From: Squalus acanthias
Taxonomy: Eukaryota
Assembly: GCA_030390025.1 (NCBI GenBank)
Contig: CM059433.1
Span: 30,258,001-30,322,000, forward strand
Direction: 5' to 3'
DNA length: 64,000 bases
Part shown: positions 26,655-39,817 of the stretch, one piece after another
How positions within the stretch are numbered: the first letter of the stretch is position 1
Layout: each line of letters starts with the position of its first letter
Notes under the pieces: generated by a model
Database searches by the model: none
What the model was told of the DNA's origin: nothing
Seen by the model: only the letters and a program-made list of their open reading frames with translations
Program-made: the position numbers and the translations under genes

Positions 26655-27908
26655 AATGTACTTTTAATATCTACAACTTGACAACATTGCAAGGGCTACG
26701 GTCTTCTTTAGACATTTGAGGCTATGGGAAATGGATTAAAGTCCTTCGATTCTCAATGGCTTCATCTCCAACTAACAATACCAAAAACAGATGAATTGGT
26801 CATATTTATTTGCGACTTGTGGGATCTTGCCGTGTTCAAAATGGCCACTATTTTTGCCTACTTAACAACAGTGACCACTCTTCAAAAGTAATTCAGAAGT
26901 GCTTTGGGACATCCTGTACATGTGAAAAATACAAGTTCTTATTTTCTGCTCCTTTACTGCATTTTTTTGGTGTTATTTCTGTCAGATTTTCCAATTACAA
27001 AAGAAGAAAATATAGTTGACAGATTCAGCCCCAAGACAATGCTGCCTTTCATTTTCAACAGGACTATCTACTGGGCGAGAAAGAAATATTAGTAGGAGTC
27101 GACCGTTTTTAGCCACGGACACCATTTTTCTGGGGTTCTGCCGATCTCCTGTTGGAGAATCCCTGCGGAAATACCGGGCAATTGTGCACCTGAAATGTTG
27201 ATGGCTGATTACTGGAGTAATTAAAAAAGCTAATGCATCATCTGTCATATGAAATATCTTTACAGCCAATGAAGTACTTTTGAAGCATAGTCACTGTTGT
27301 AATGTAGGAACGCGGCAGCCAATTTGCTCTCATCAAGCTCCCACAAACAGCAATGTGATAATGACCAGATAATCTGTTTTAGTGATGTTGGTTGAGGGAT
27401 AAATATTGGCCAGGACACTGAGGAGAACTCCCCTACTTTTCTTCCAATAGTGCCATGGGATCTTTTACATCCACTGGAGAGGGCAGACGGGACCTCGGTT
27501 TAACATCTCATCTGAAAGACGGTACCTCCGACAGTGCAGCACTCCCTCAGTACTGCACTGGAGTGTCAGCCTAGATTTTGTACTCGCGTCTCTGGAGTGG
27601 GACTCTGATCCCACAACTCTCTGGCTAAGTGGCGAGAGGGCTACCAACTGAACTAAGTTGTGGAAGTTGTGAGCATGAAGCTACATTCTACCACTTCAAG
27701 ACACTGCTGTTTCTGCTTTCACTTTTCCCCCTCCTCATGTCCACTTAACAGCTCATGTAATACCTGACTGCCAAATTAGTTATGGTACTAAGCCACGTAT
27801 GTACTGGTGAAGGTAATGCAGTAGAATGTGCAATATCCAGTAACAATGATACTTGATGAAATATAAGAAATAAGAACGACAGGTATAATGTGTGTTGTGC
27901 AGGGATAC

Positions 27909-28081
27909 CTTTCTTGCAGTAGATCCCTGTGGTGCCCAAAGGGCAATGGCAGGTGTAACCTTCAGGCAATGGGATGCAGTGAGCTCCTGGCGCACACTGC
28001 TGCGGAGGCTTGTGCTCAGGATCGCACACTGTGACAGTCTCCGTGCAGAAGGCTCCCTTCCATCCTGGGGTGCACCGACAA
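27909..28081 (-). CDS. EYS: EYS exon (173 bp, EGF domains)
   Basis: tgtag acceptor and gtatcc donor; encodes CRCTPGWKGAFCTETVTVCDPEHKPPQQCAPGAHCIPLPEGYTCHCPLGTTGIYCKK; phase 2/1. Confidence 0.95.
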
Positions 28082-30183
28082 CTACATTTGAGAAACAAGA
28101 AAGCAAGGCTTCAGAATTAACAAGAACAGTAAATTTGGTTGTGATGCAACAGAGACATATTTCTACAACTCAGCGACATTGAGATTCGTTGTACTCGGGT
28201 TATAGTAAATTAAAGTGTCAGCCGTGGCTCAGTGGGTGTATGTAGCACTCTCGCTTCTGAGTCAGAAGGTCATGGGTTCAAGTCCTACTCCAGAGACCTG
28301 AGCACAAAATCTAGGCCGACACTCGCAGTGCAGCACTGAGGGAGTGCTGCACTGTCGGAGGTGCTGTCTTTCGGATGAGATGTTAAACCACCTGATCTCT
28401 CAGGTGGATGTAAAAAATCCCACAGCACTAGTTCAAAGAAGAGCAGAGGTCAGTGTGCGCCATGGTGGGGTTTGTTTCAGAGTAGGATGGGTGGAGGCTT
28501 ACGAGCAGTTCATCTTTCCGCTCTCAGAGAGCAGGGTAAAATAGAGTATGGGACGCACCCATCGATTCTTTGATCGGTATTCTTGTCCCGTGCAACTCCA
28601 TCTCGGGAAATTAAATCTCTCTCCACCCTCCCGAAATAAAAAGGAGAAAACAGTTTAAAGAAGAAGGAAGCAGAGTCTCAACAACAATAACTTGCATTTA
28701 TATAGCGCCTTTAATGTAGTAAAACGTCCCAAGGCGCGTCACAGGAGCGTTAAAACAGAATTTGACACCGAGCCGCATAAGGAGATATTAGGACAGGTGG
28801 CCAAAAGCTTGGTCAAAGAGGTTTTAAGGAGCATCTTAAAGGAGGATGGAGAGGTTTAGGGAGGGAATTCCAGAGTGCAGGGCAGCTGAAGGCACGGCTG
28901 CCAATGGTGGAGCGAAAGAAATGGGGGATGCGCAAGAGGTTAGAATTGGAGGAGTGCAGAGATCTCGGAGGTTTGTAGGGCTGGAAGAGATTACAGAGAT
29001 AGGGAGGGGGCGAGACCATGGAGGGATCTGAACACAAAGATGAGAATTTTAAAAATCGAGATGTTGCCAGTCAATGTAGGTCAGCGAGCTACTGGAGGAT
29101 AATGGATGAACGGGACTTGGTGTGAGTTATGATATGGGCTGCAGAGCTCAAGTTGATGGAGGGTGGTAGGTGGAATTTCTCTGGGCGGCGGTGGGGTCTG
29201 AGTCAGCACTAAGTGAACTGGTTGCTGATCTGGGGATAGTTTCTCATGTTTCATGACATACGACTCCCTTTTTGTTTGCGGTATCATCACAGAGACAACA
29301 AAAGGCTCTTTGTAAAATCCTAAACTTTATGGCTACCAAAGGAAATTGTTATTTATGTAATTCATATGACAATGTCCAAACCTGAACATTGCAGTCTGTT
29401 GAGAATTCCATGATGAAAAGGTTGATACGATGAAACAGGCAATAGGGGTCATTATGCTGTTTGCCATTGGCCTTGGCTGCTATAACCTGGGAAGTAAGCT
29501 CTCTCTATAGACAGTTAGTACGATGGATTTTCTCTTGTCTGCGCCCTGAGGGAGTCTAAAAGCATGATGGATTTCTACATGGCATTGTTTCACTCCCAGA
29601 CTCAGCAATAATTCAACAAAGTCAGCAGCTTTGCGGCTCTGCAAAAATATACAGCTAAAAAGAACATGTTAAGTACCAGGCAGAATCTGCTGTCGCTCTC
29701 AATTAATGCCGAAAGTTGGCCCTCTTGTTTTGCCTCTATCTGGCTTTTTTAAATGCTTCGTACTCAGATTATTTACAACACTATTGCACAGGTAAGTTTG
29801 TGTTGTTGAATGTGTCGCATTCAATCAGACTCTCTCTTATTCAAGGAGATGAGTAAACAATGGATTTTGCTCAAAATGCGTTTCTCTTGAACTGACGGTC
29901 GGGTTTAATGGAATGACTGATTCAGTTACCTTGTGACTATAATACCTCCTTTAAATAATTATTTATTAGTACGTTCACAACTAGGCAGTTAACCAACAGG
30001 CTTGACTTTAAGTGCTTAGCAAATCCTGTTGCCTGACAAGCAGTGCCAATTGAGCAAGTTAACCGTTTCTCTGCTACATGTTGTATTCGACCAATAGAGA
30101 GCTCCCAACCATCTGAAAAAACACTTAGTGCATGGAGTAAATAGGGACAGCTTTAGCGAGACCAATGGGGCTTCAAAGGCAAA

Positions 30184-30320
30184 GTGTGTGTGTGTGTGTA
30201 TATATGTGTGTGCGCATAAAAAACGTGTGCATGTGGGCGAGTGTGTATACTTGTGTGTGTGTATACATGTGTGGGTGTGTATATGTGTGTGTGTGTATAC
30301 CTGTGTTGGTACATGTGTGG
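30184..30320. repeat. Degenerate (GT)n/(AT)n microsatellite
   Basis: Directly visible. Confidence 0.85.
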
Positions 30321-30539
30321 AGTATGTAGGAGTGAGAGAAGGAACATCGACAGCCACTGATTAGTGGGAACTAAACACAAACTTATACGTTTTTGGAATC
30401 TACCAGACAGGGAATATTTATTGAAATGGAGATCAGAGTTGAAAGTCTGCGTTCTAATCCACATCCACATATAGTGACCCTGACCCATCTATTATTGCTG
30501 TGCTTACTTCCATTCTGCTACTTGTCCCCTGACTCCACA

Positions 30540-32030
30540 TGCTCTGACCTTAGTCATGAGTCTACTCTGCGGTACCTTATCGAAGGCTTTTCGAAAATCC
30601 AAATATATTACATCTACTGCATTGTCTTTGTCTACTCTTTCTGCTACTTCTTCAATGAATTCAATAAGGTTGGTTAAGCATGTCCTTCACTTTTGAAATC
30701 CATGCTGACTACTCTTTATTATATTTTCGGTTTCTAGATGTTTTTCTATTACATCTTTGAATAAAGATTCCATTATCTTTCCTATCACCAAAGTTCTGAT
30801 GAAAGGTCATCGACCTGAAACGTTAACTCTCTTTCTCTCTCCACGGATGCTGCCTGGCCTGCTGAGTTTTTCCAGCGTTTTCTGTTGTTATTACCAATGT
30901 TAAGCTACCAGGTCTATAGTTCCTTGGACTTGTTCTATCTCCCTTTTTAAATGTAGGAATAACATTAGCTGCCTGCCAGTCCTCTGGCACTATTCCCTTT
31001 TCTAATTCATTTTTAGATATATGTAATAGTGCCTCTGCTATCTCTTCCCTAACATCTTTTAATATGCATCGATCCATTTAATCGGGATCAGGGGTTTTAT
31101 CCTCTCTAAGTTTGATTAGTTTATCAAATATTTCCCCCCTTTCTATCTTAAATGTCGTTATATCTTTTTTGATCTCTCTTCTAATGTCATGCGCACCTTG
31201 TTGATCTCCCTGGTAAATACTGAGGCAAAGTAACTATTCAATATTTCTGCCATTTCATTGTCATTACCTGTGAATTTATCTTATGCATCCCATAGTGGCC
31301 CAATCCCTATCCTGAATTTCCTTTTGTTATTATTTATCTGTGGAATACTTTACTATTTCTTTTTATATGCCTTGATAATTAAATTTTGTAGTTCCTCTTT
31401 GCTTTCCTAATTGTTTTTTGACTTCTTTCCGAACCTCTTTGTATTCCCTTTTGGCATCCCCTCCTTTTTATTCTATGTACTTAGTGTATGCCATTATCTT
31501 TAGTTTTTATTTTACCCTTATCCCTTTATTCATCCATGGCGTTTCATTATTGACTAGCTTGTTTTTGTTTTTTAGCGGAATATATTTCTCCTGAACGCTA
31601 TTGATCACCGTTTTAAATATTTCCCATTGCTGTTCTATCTCTTTGTCTGTCAATTTTTTTTTCCAGTTTACCTTCCCTAGTTCTATTCTCATCCCCTCAA
31701 AATTAACTTTTTTTCTAATCTATTACTTTAGTCTTTTTCTTATTTCTGTCTATCTCAATCGTAATTTTAAACCTTATTATGTTATGATCACGGTTGCCTA
31801 GATGTTCCCCTATGCTAATTTCTCTTATCTGCTCTGGTTCATTTGCCATTACTAGATCCAGAAGTGGTTTCTTCTCTTGTTGGGTTTCTTATATACTGCA
31901 TAAGAAAGGGGTCCTGTACACTCTGTAAAAACTCCATTCCTTTTTCCCCTTTCCCTATCTCTTCTTGCCAGTTTATTTGGGAGTAGTTGAAATCTCCCAT
32001 GATTATTATTCTATGTCTTTTAATCATTTA
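30540..32030 (-). mobile_element. Vertebrate CR1 LINE fragment (endonuclease end to RT start), interrupted by a Penelope terminal piece
   Basis: IIMGDFNY, PWMNK and VPEDWQAANVIPTFKKGD motifs. Confidence 0.85.
30792..30828 (+). ncRNA. Minimal hammerhead ribozyme motif in a solo Penelope terminal fragment (about 30791-30890)
   Basis: agtt-CTGATGA-a-aggtc(atc)gacct-GAAA-cgtt-aact. Confidence 0.78.
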
Positions 32031-32671
32031 ATAGTAACACGTTTAATAGCTCACTTAAATAGGTGAAAGTAGAGTTTCCACGTTGGCGCAATTAAAATGT
32101 GCTTGAAATTGCGCTGGTTAGGTTACAGTTCAAGTTTCTGCTAAAATTTGCATAATCACAAATGTAAAATCTTCCATGGAAATGGGTTTCTCAGCAAAAA
32201 TAAGCATTTTTAATAATAGTGTTTTGTCCACCACCTGTGAATGACCTGATTTAAATTAAATATTTTGTGATATGAAAAAAAGGTTTAAAACGTGCCCACT
32301 AGTGCCTGAGAACATGAGCGCAGTTTGAAGAGCCTTCCCGAACCAGCGGAATTGGCGGAATCTCGCAATTCTGACCGGGGTGGGGGCGTGGTCACTTTAG
32401 TGGGCGGGGCCTGATTCGGGCGAATTGTGTCTTGAACCAATGTAAAAGATCACGGAAAAAAACCACCAATGCACGTGGTTTTGGGCGTAACTCACTGACG
32501 TTTAATATTCCCTGATCTTTTGCGCCGGTTCGGCTGATTGCGCTGGAATCTGGGAGCAAAACTAGCGGAACCAAACAAGCTCTACCCCTCAATAGCTGAT
32601 TAACAGATCAAGATAAATAAAGAAAGTCCAGTTCATATTTCAAACAGTGTTTGGTATAATGTCATACTCAC

Positions 32672-32846
32672 TAGACAGTGGAAGCTTTTTCCACACATTT
32701 CCCTCCATTCCTGCACTTCATCCGATTGCACAATGAATCTCCACACTGGCCCACACTCCGGCCTGCATTAGGATGGCCCGCTGGACTTCCAGGTGCTCTA
32801 AACTTTCTGTCCTTGCCAGCTCGAACTTGTAACTCATAAATACAAC
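32672..32846 (-). CDS. EYS: EYS exon (175 bp, LamG end and EGF start)
   Basis: tgcag acceptor and gtgagt donor; encodes GCIYELQVRAGKDRKFRAPGSPAGHPNAGRSVGQCGDSLCNRMKCRNGGKCVEKASTV(Y); phase 1/2. Confidence 0.95.
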
Positions 32847-33867
32847 CTGCATTGAATAGTACAAAAGAAATGAACCTATTTTTGGTAATAAAAGGATTTG
32901 GATGGTTTCGACCCATTTAATTCTGTCTCCTTTAATGGCTAATGTTTGTTTGCAGTATAACTATATTTGCAGTTGTTAACCTCACAACCAGGTGCAGTAG
33001 ATCTGCTGTCAACCCTGACAGTTTATGTTTATCTAAAGGGTTAAATTATGAGGATAGGTTGCACAGACGAGGCTTGTGTTCCCTCGAGTATAGAAGACTA
33101 AGGGGTGATCTAATTGAGGTGTTTAAGATGATTAAAGGATTTGATAGGGTAGATAGAGAGAAACTATTTCCTCTGGTGGGGGAGTCCAGAGCAAGGGCAC
33201 ATCACCTTTCAGGGGTGATGTCAGGAAGCACTTTTTCACACAAAGGTTGGTGGAAATCTGGAACTCTCTCCCCCAAAAAGCTGTCGCGGCTGGGGATCAA
33301 TTGAAAATTTCAAAACTGAGATTGATAAATTTTTGTTAGGTAAGGATATTTAGGGTTATGGAACCAAGGCGGGTAGATGGAGTTAAGATATAGATCAGCC
33401 ATGATCTAATTGAATGGTGGAACAGGCTCAAGAAAGAAAGAAATAAAGAAAGACTTACATTTATATAGCACCTTTCACGACCACCGGAGGTCTCAAAGCG
33501 CTTTACAGTCAATGAAGTACTTTTGGAGTATAGTCACTGTTGTAATGTGGGAAACGCGGCAGCCAATTTGTGCACAGCAAGCTCCCACAAACAGCAATAT
33601 GATAATGACCAGATAAACTGTTTTTGTTATGTTGATTGAGAGATAAATATTGGCCAGGACACCGGGGATAACTCGTGGGGCTGAATGGCCTCCTCCTGTT
33701 CCTATGTTCCAATTGGTGTATCCAGTTGCTGCAGGTTCTGACTGATTGAAGCCTATTTAAGGTAATTTTATGCAGTATATGAAGCAACGTGTGAACATCT
33801 ATTGCTTGAAACTGGAATTGTTCATCACGACTCTGATGAACATCTGAAGTTAGATAAAGGACCAGTA

Positions 33868-34128
33868 CAGTAAACTCTTTCTTATCCAGCACCTATGGGA
33901 CCAGGACGGTGCCGGTTGATGAAAAATTCTGGATAACAGAGAGGTATACCTACCAAGGCAATTTTTAACACAACAAAAATAAAAACCACTGACTAACTCG
34001 GCCACCGCGGGAGACTCGGACTCGGCAAAACGAGTGCTGGATGGATTCGGCAAGATGACCGGTTATCTATTTTGCCGGTTATTAAAGTATTCCGGATGAT
34101 TAAGTGCCGTTTAAACAAGAGTTTACTG
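33868..34128. mobile_element. pogo/Tigger-like MITE
   Basis: TA|CAGTAAACTCTT...AAGAGTTTACTG|TA. Confidence 0.85.
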
Positions 34129-37100
34129 TACTTCTTTTTCTTATAATTCCTCCTCCACTCTTACAATCTTCCTCCTTTTTCTCTTTCCATCATGGGTCAC
34201 TCAGGAGCATGTGATGTTGATAGGGTGAGATGAAGTGGGAGGAGACTCGTGTGGAGCATAAACATTGGCATAGACCAGTTGGGCCAAGTGGCCTGGTTCT
34301 GTGCTGTACATTTGATGTAACTCTATGCACTCTAACCATGGCTAAATTTTCCTCTCACTACCCTGGGGACTGAGGGTAATTGCAGCATCCCAAATACTTT
34401 CCTGCACGACCGGGAATTGGACCAGGAATTGAACCGGGAATCTTGTGAGTCTGTATGGCTTAGTAGCACGCTAGCTGATGCCAATACACACTAAACAATC
34501 TGGGAAACTCCAAAGCAGTATTCCTTGACTGGCGCCAGTGAGGCCGATTCAAAAACATTGCAATAAAACCTTCGACAACGTGCCAGTTAAAATAAAATTA
34601 TACATAAAACAATTCAACCACATTCATACTCTCACTTTCTGTCACCTAACACCTGGACATCCTGCTCACTTCATCCCCAACCGCAACTCATTCCTCCGGC
34701 AATGCAAAGGACTGTTACTCAAATTGAAGAGCAACATTTGAGCAACATATTGAGTAATACACTCTCATTTAAATCATTCACATTAAGTGCAGGAACTGCA
34801 TATTTCAGCGAATGTACCTTCAATATCATAAATACCGGGCTGAGCTGCTTTCTCATTGCTTATGATTTTCTCTGGAATGATGAGGGACTTCAGTTATGTG
34901 GAGAGACTAGAAAATCTGAGATTGTTCTCCTTGGAGCACTGAAGGTAAAGGGGAGATTTAATAGAGGTGTTCAAAATTCTGAAGGGTTTTGATAGAGTGG
35001 ATAGGGAGAAACTGTTTCCATGGGCGGAAGGGTCAGTAACCAAGGGACACAGATTTAAGATAATTGGCAAACGAACTGGGGGGAAGATGAGATGAATTTT
35101 TTTTGACGCAGCGAGTTATGATCTGGAATGCAATAGTAACTTTGAAGAGGGAATTGGATATATACTTGAAAAGGAAAAATTTGCAGGGCTATGGAGAAAG
35201 AGCGAGAGAGTGGGACTAATTGGATAGCTCTTTCAAAGAGCCGGCACAGGCACGATGGGCAGACTGTAAGAAATCTACGATTCTATTAAATTATTGTCTT
35301 CGTGATAGCAGCAGTGATCCATTTTGCCTCAAACCATAATTTTTTTTACTTGATTTATGTTAGGCTAATTACTGCGAATTTGAACTAGGTTTCTCTGAGC
35401 AGCACCCTAAAAAAGGTTCCCTTTATCTTTGTGTATGGGGAAAGAGAGAAAAAAATACTTGCATTCATGTCCTCAGCATGTTCCAAAGTGCTTCACAGCC
35501 AATGAAGTACTTTTGAATTGTAGCCATTGTAGGCAAACACAGCAGCCAATTTGCGCACACGCTCTCACAAAAAGCAAGGTGGTAATTGACCAGTTAATCT
35601 GTTTTTGTGGTGTTGATTGAGGGATAAATATTGGCCAGGACACTGGGGAGTGCCTTGGGATGTTTTACTACATTAAAGGGCTATATAAATGCAAGTTGTT
35701 GTTTGTTGTTGTGGTTGTAGGTGGAAGATTCAGGGCCAGTATCTTGGCATTGCAACTCCATAAACAATGAATTTCCACAATTCCAGCAAGTACAATAAAA
35801 CTCAGTGCTGCCCCTGTAAAATGCCAGCCCTCTCACAAGGAAGCATTCCCCATCAAGTATATGATTATAAAAATATATTAAAGAAAGAATGCACATTAAT
35901 ATAGCAACTTACATGTCCCAAAGCACTTCACAGCCAATTAAGTACTTTTGAAGTGTAGTCGCTGTTGTAATGTAGGGAAAATGCAACAGCCATTTACCGC
36001 ACAGCAAGTCCTCACAAAATGCAATGAAATAAATGACCAGATCATGGTTGAAGGATAAATATTGGCCAGGATATTGGGGAGAACTCCACTGCTTTTCTTC
36101 AAATATTACCATGGGGTCTTTTACATTCACCTGAGAGAGCAGACGGTTTAACGTCTCATCTGAAAGACGGCACCTCCGACAGTGCAGCACTCCCTCAGTG
36201 TCAGTCTGGATTATGGGCTCAAGTCTCTGGGGTGGGGCTTGAACCTTTGACCTCCTAACTGACTCAGAGACCAGAGTGCTACCCACTGAGCCACAGCTGA
36301 CGCTTTAACTGAAAGGAACGAAGGGGTCAGTTTTAACCCACCCCGCCCAGTGGGCACAGATGGTGGGGGGAGGGGCTTTAAAATGTAGAATTGAGACTTA
36401 CCGCTCCATTTCTGCTGGAATCCTGCTGGCCACAATTTTAACTGGTCACCGCAGTTAGGTAGCTACTAGAAGCCAGCCGGAGCCTCATAAATTAATGCAA
36501 TGGGGGTTCTATTATGGCAATGGGACCCCAACTGCATATTAGCCGTGGCCTGAGCAGGGTAACCACTACGTGAAGGAGCATCGTCAGCTGTCGGGAACAG
36601 GCCCTTGAAGGTGAGTGGGAAACTTTCCTTCTTAAGGCCTGGAGGAGCAGGAGTGGTCCTGCGGGCCCGACAAGGAAAGTCACGCCCTCCCCTTGTGTGG
36701 GTCTTCCGCCACCCCTCCCACGAGACCCTCTCGACACCCCCTGCACTGCCTACTGGTGATGCCTGAACCTTCTCTCACGCCCACCGGCCAGCTGGTGCTT
36801 GCCTGTTTCGGACGGGCAGCGTGTAGATGAGGCCTGGGAGTTAGAAAAAAACCCCGGGCCTCAAACTTAGGCCAGCGAGTGTGTTTTGCACTTGCCACAT
36901 TCCCCCGCCCACCTAAAGCCAACAGGAAGTTATAATCGACCCAGAGTCTTTTCAATCGCCTTGTATCAAACCTCAGGTTAAAATGCTATTTAACATACCA
37001 TTAAAAGTAAGAGTTACACAAGGACAACTGGGCCTCTTGGATACTGGCCTTAGAGATTCTGCCAGGTTTATACTGTTATTTAAAAATTCATTCTTGGGAT

Positions 37101-37420
37101 GTAGGTGTCCCTGGCCATCCCTAGTTGTCCTTCAGAAGACTGTAATTATTCTTTGTACCAGTTTGATACAACTGAATGGCTTGTCAGGCCACTTTAGGGG
37201 AGCAGTTTAGAGTCAACCAGTGAGATGGTGCATTGGGAATTGCCTGATCTCACACTGCTGCTGTCAAAAGGGTGGCTGCCCCCAGAGCACTGCTTCCTTT
37301 GGTCAGCTGCTTGGAGGAACCAGTTGCCAACTGGGGCTGAACTACCCTCTGTCTAACTTACATCCTCCCATCAAGGGACACGTAGCATCTAGCTTCCCAT
37401 CCCACCCCATTAGGTGGAGC

Positions 37421-37801
37421 TAGGGCTGCCAACTCTGGTTGGATGTATTCCAGGAGGTTACATCACATGACCTCCCGCCTCCAACCACCCTGCCCACCAC
37501 GCTCCTGCCATTGGTCACAAGACACGTGAATCCTTATGGCGCACGGTCTTCCCACGACACTTGGGAAGCGAACAAACTTTTTGTTACCCAATTGGATGAT
37601 TCTTGACTGTTCGTCAAACAGCCAATTTTTCCCATCTCCAATATTTTTATAACTAATAAAAATAGTGTTTAAAAAAATGAAACACAATTTGTTTTAACGC
37701 CCCTATGATTTTTACTTCCCAGGTTGCTCGCAGCAGTATCCTGGAGATTAATCCCCAATTCTTGGAGACTCCAGGGCAATCCTGGAAGGTTGGTATCCCT
37801 A
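37421..37801. mobile_element. hAT-type MITE, same family
   Basis: Same TIRs; TSD GGTGGAGC / GTTGGAGC (7 of 8). Confidence 0.85.
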
Positions 37802-38522
37802 GTTGGAGCTCAGATTGAGATCTTGCCAGAGTGGGGCGAGAAAGTTTCATCCACTCACATGATGCTACTGGCAACCCGTGCTCTAACTCTCTGTGTCACT
37901 CTCCATAAATCATTAAGATACACCTTGCTTTGAGTGTCTAAAAGAAATGATTGAATCTTGGAAATGAGTTGCTAAATAGATAGTCACAAATAAATCCAAT
38001 GAAGAATTCAGGAGAAACTTCTTTTCCCAGAGAGTGGTTAGAATGTGGAACTCGCTACCATAAGGAGTAGTTGCAGTGAATAGCATCGATGCATTTAAGG
38101 GGAAGCTAGATAAGTACATGAGGGGGAAAGGAATAGAGAGATATGCGGATAGGGTGAGATGAAATAAGGTGGGAGGAGGTGTGGAGCATAAACCCCGCCA
38201 TAGACCTGTTGCACTGAATGGCCTGTTTCTGTGCTGTAGACTCGATGTAAACTATTTGTGGGGGTTCTGTTTTGATTAATTGATGTTGGTAAATCTGGAT
38301 TAAAATTAAATTGCCAGCTGCACTATGGGATAGCTTGACCACCCTGGGATTCTGACGGAAAACAGCAAGTCTTGGAAATGCTAAGGACAATAAATTCAAC
38401 GTTTAGAATAAACCACCGTAAATAAATTTTTTAAAAAGATTAGGAATTTGACATCAAATGACCAAAAGTCATCTTTGACCTTGCAAAGAGAAAAATCATT
38501 CCATCAGGTGTCTTGACACAAT

Positions 38523-39247
38523 GGCCTGTAATTTGCGGTCAGCGGCGATCGCCGGTGACCTTGAAAAAAACTCCCCACAAAGATCTTGCGATCTCTGTGG
38601 CGAGAACTTTAGCTTCCTCGACATGTAATTGATTGTAGCGCTGTGAATAGGGGAACTCCAGCACAGCGCAGCAGTGACGTCATCAAGCTGTCTAAGCAGC
38701 CAATCACATTGAAGAATTCTCATAGACAGCAAACCAGGAAATGAAAAGCACTGATTATCTGCACTTTTTAAAAATGTTGCAGAGAGCGAAATAAAGATTG
38801 GGACATACACATGGGGTTAAGGTAGAAGCTGAAATGTCATGCATGAACTTTAAAAATAAATGATCCTAATGGAGAAATCTGACATTCCACAAATATAAAA
38901 TTCATTTTTCAGGGCCAGACCGGTTGTTTAGCAGTCAATACACTGTTAAAACCCCAGTTACACCTATTCCAACATGGCTTAACATTTAATGGCGTGTTTA
39001 ACAGCGATATTAGCGTCGAAAAGCTCAAGTTTTCGTCAGTTCCACTGATTTCACTGTTTGCTGGCTATGGGGGGAAGGGGGTTCACAGCTCAGCCTGTGT
39101 CGGAGCTGCGAATGACTGACCGCAACTTCAGGATTTCCGCACTTAGATGGGCATGCGCAAAATCCTGAAGTTACAGTCAGTTTCAGAGGGACAATGACAG
39201 CGAATGCTAACAGTTCACCGTCATTACCCACCGCAAAAATCCGAGCC
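38523..39247. mobile_element. About 730-bp MITE-like repeat, copy 2
   Basis: Colinear with 25921-26654; AAT on both flanks (Harbinger-like 3-bp TSD); an extra right-end fragment at about 39388-39482. Confidence 0.78.
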
Positions 39248-39672
39248 AATATAGCTTTAATAATTAAACAGCACAGATTATTAAAAAAGCACCTTTCAAA
39301 TTTATTGGTATATTGTCACTTTGGAAAAATTGAAAATTTTTCTAACTTTAAATGTAGTATTTCACTTCAGGATTGAATCAACTGCTAGCATGCGCTAAAC
39401 CCTGAATTTACAGTTAGTTTCAGAGGGGTAATGATGGTGAACGCTGACAGTTCGCCATCATTATCCACCGCAGAATCCGGCCTGTTATATTTTAGACTAT
39501 TTTCTCAGGGTTTTTTTTGATCAAAACACTTGGATAAAAAAATGTCAGATTTCCCCAGCAAAAACTGTGATTAAAGACCGAACAAAAATCCAGCCATTTT
39601 TTAATCTAATTTCTGTTCAGTTTTCATGAAACCTATTTGAAAGTCCAACCAGCAGAATTAGGACAGGGTTAC

Positions 39673-39817
39673 CTTGGAAACCACCGCTGAAATGCGTCCC
39701 GTTTGGCAGGAGTTCTGGGGTGTACTCGCTGTAGCCTCCCACGTAAAACTGGCTGAAAACATTGAGGCCCATCAAAATCCCGGAGGAAGTGCTCGTTTTA
39801 TTCCTTTGGTCGTCCAC
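39673..39817 (-). CDS. EYS: EYS exon (145 bp, LamG)
   Basis: tttaag acceptor and gtaacc donor; encodes VDDQRNKTSTSSGILMGLNVFSQFYVGGYSEYTPELLPNGTHFSGGFQ(G); phase 0/1. Confidence 0.95.

Noticed and set aside
28216..28290. tRNA-like sequences with A/B boxes
   Set aside because: SINE heads that continue into the Deu core; not tRNA genes.
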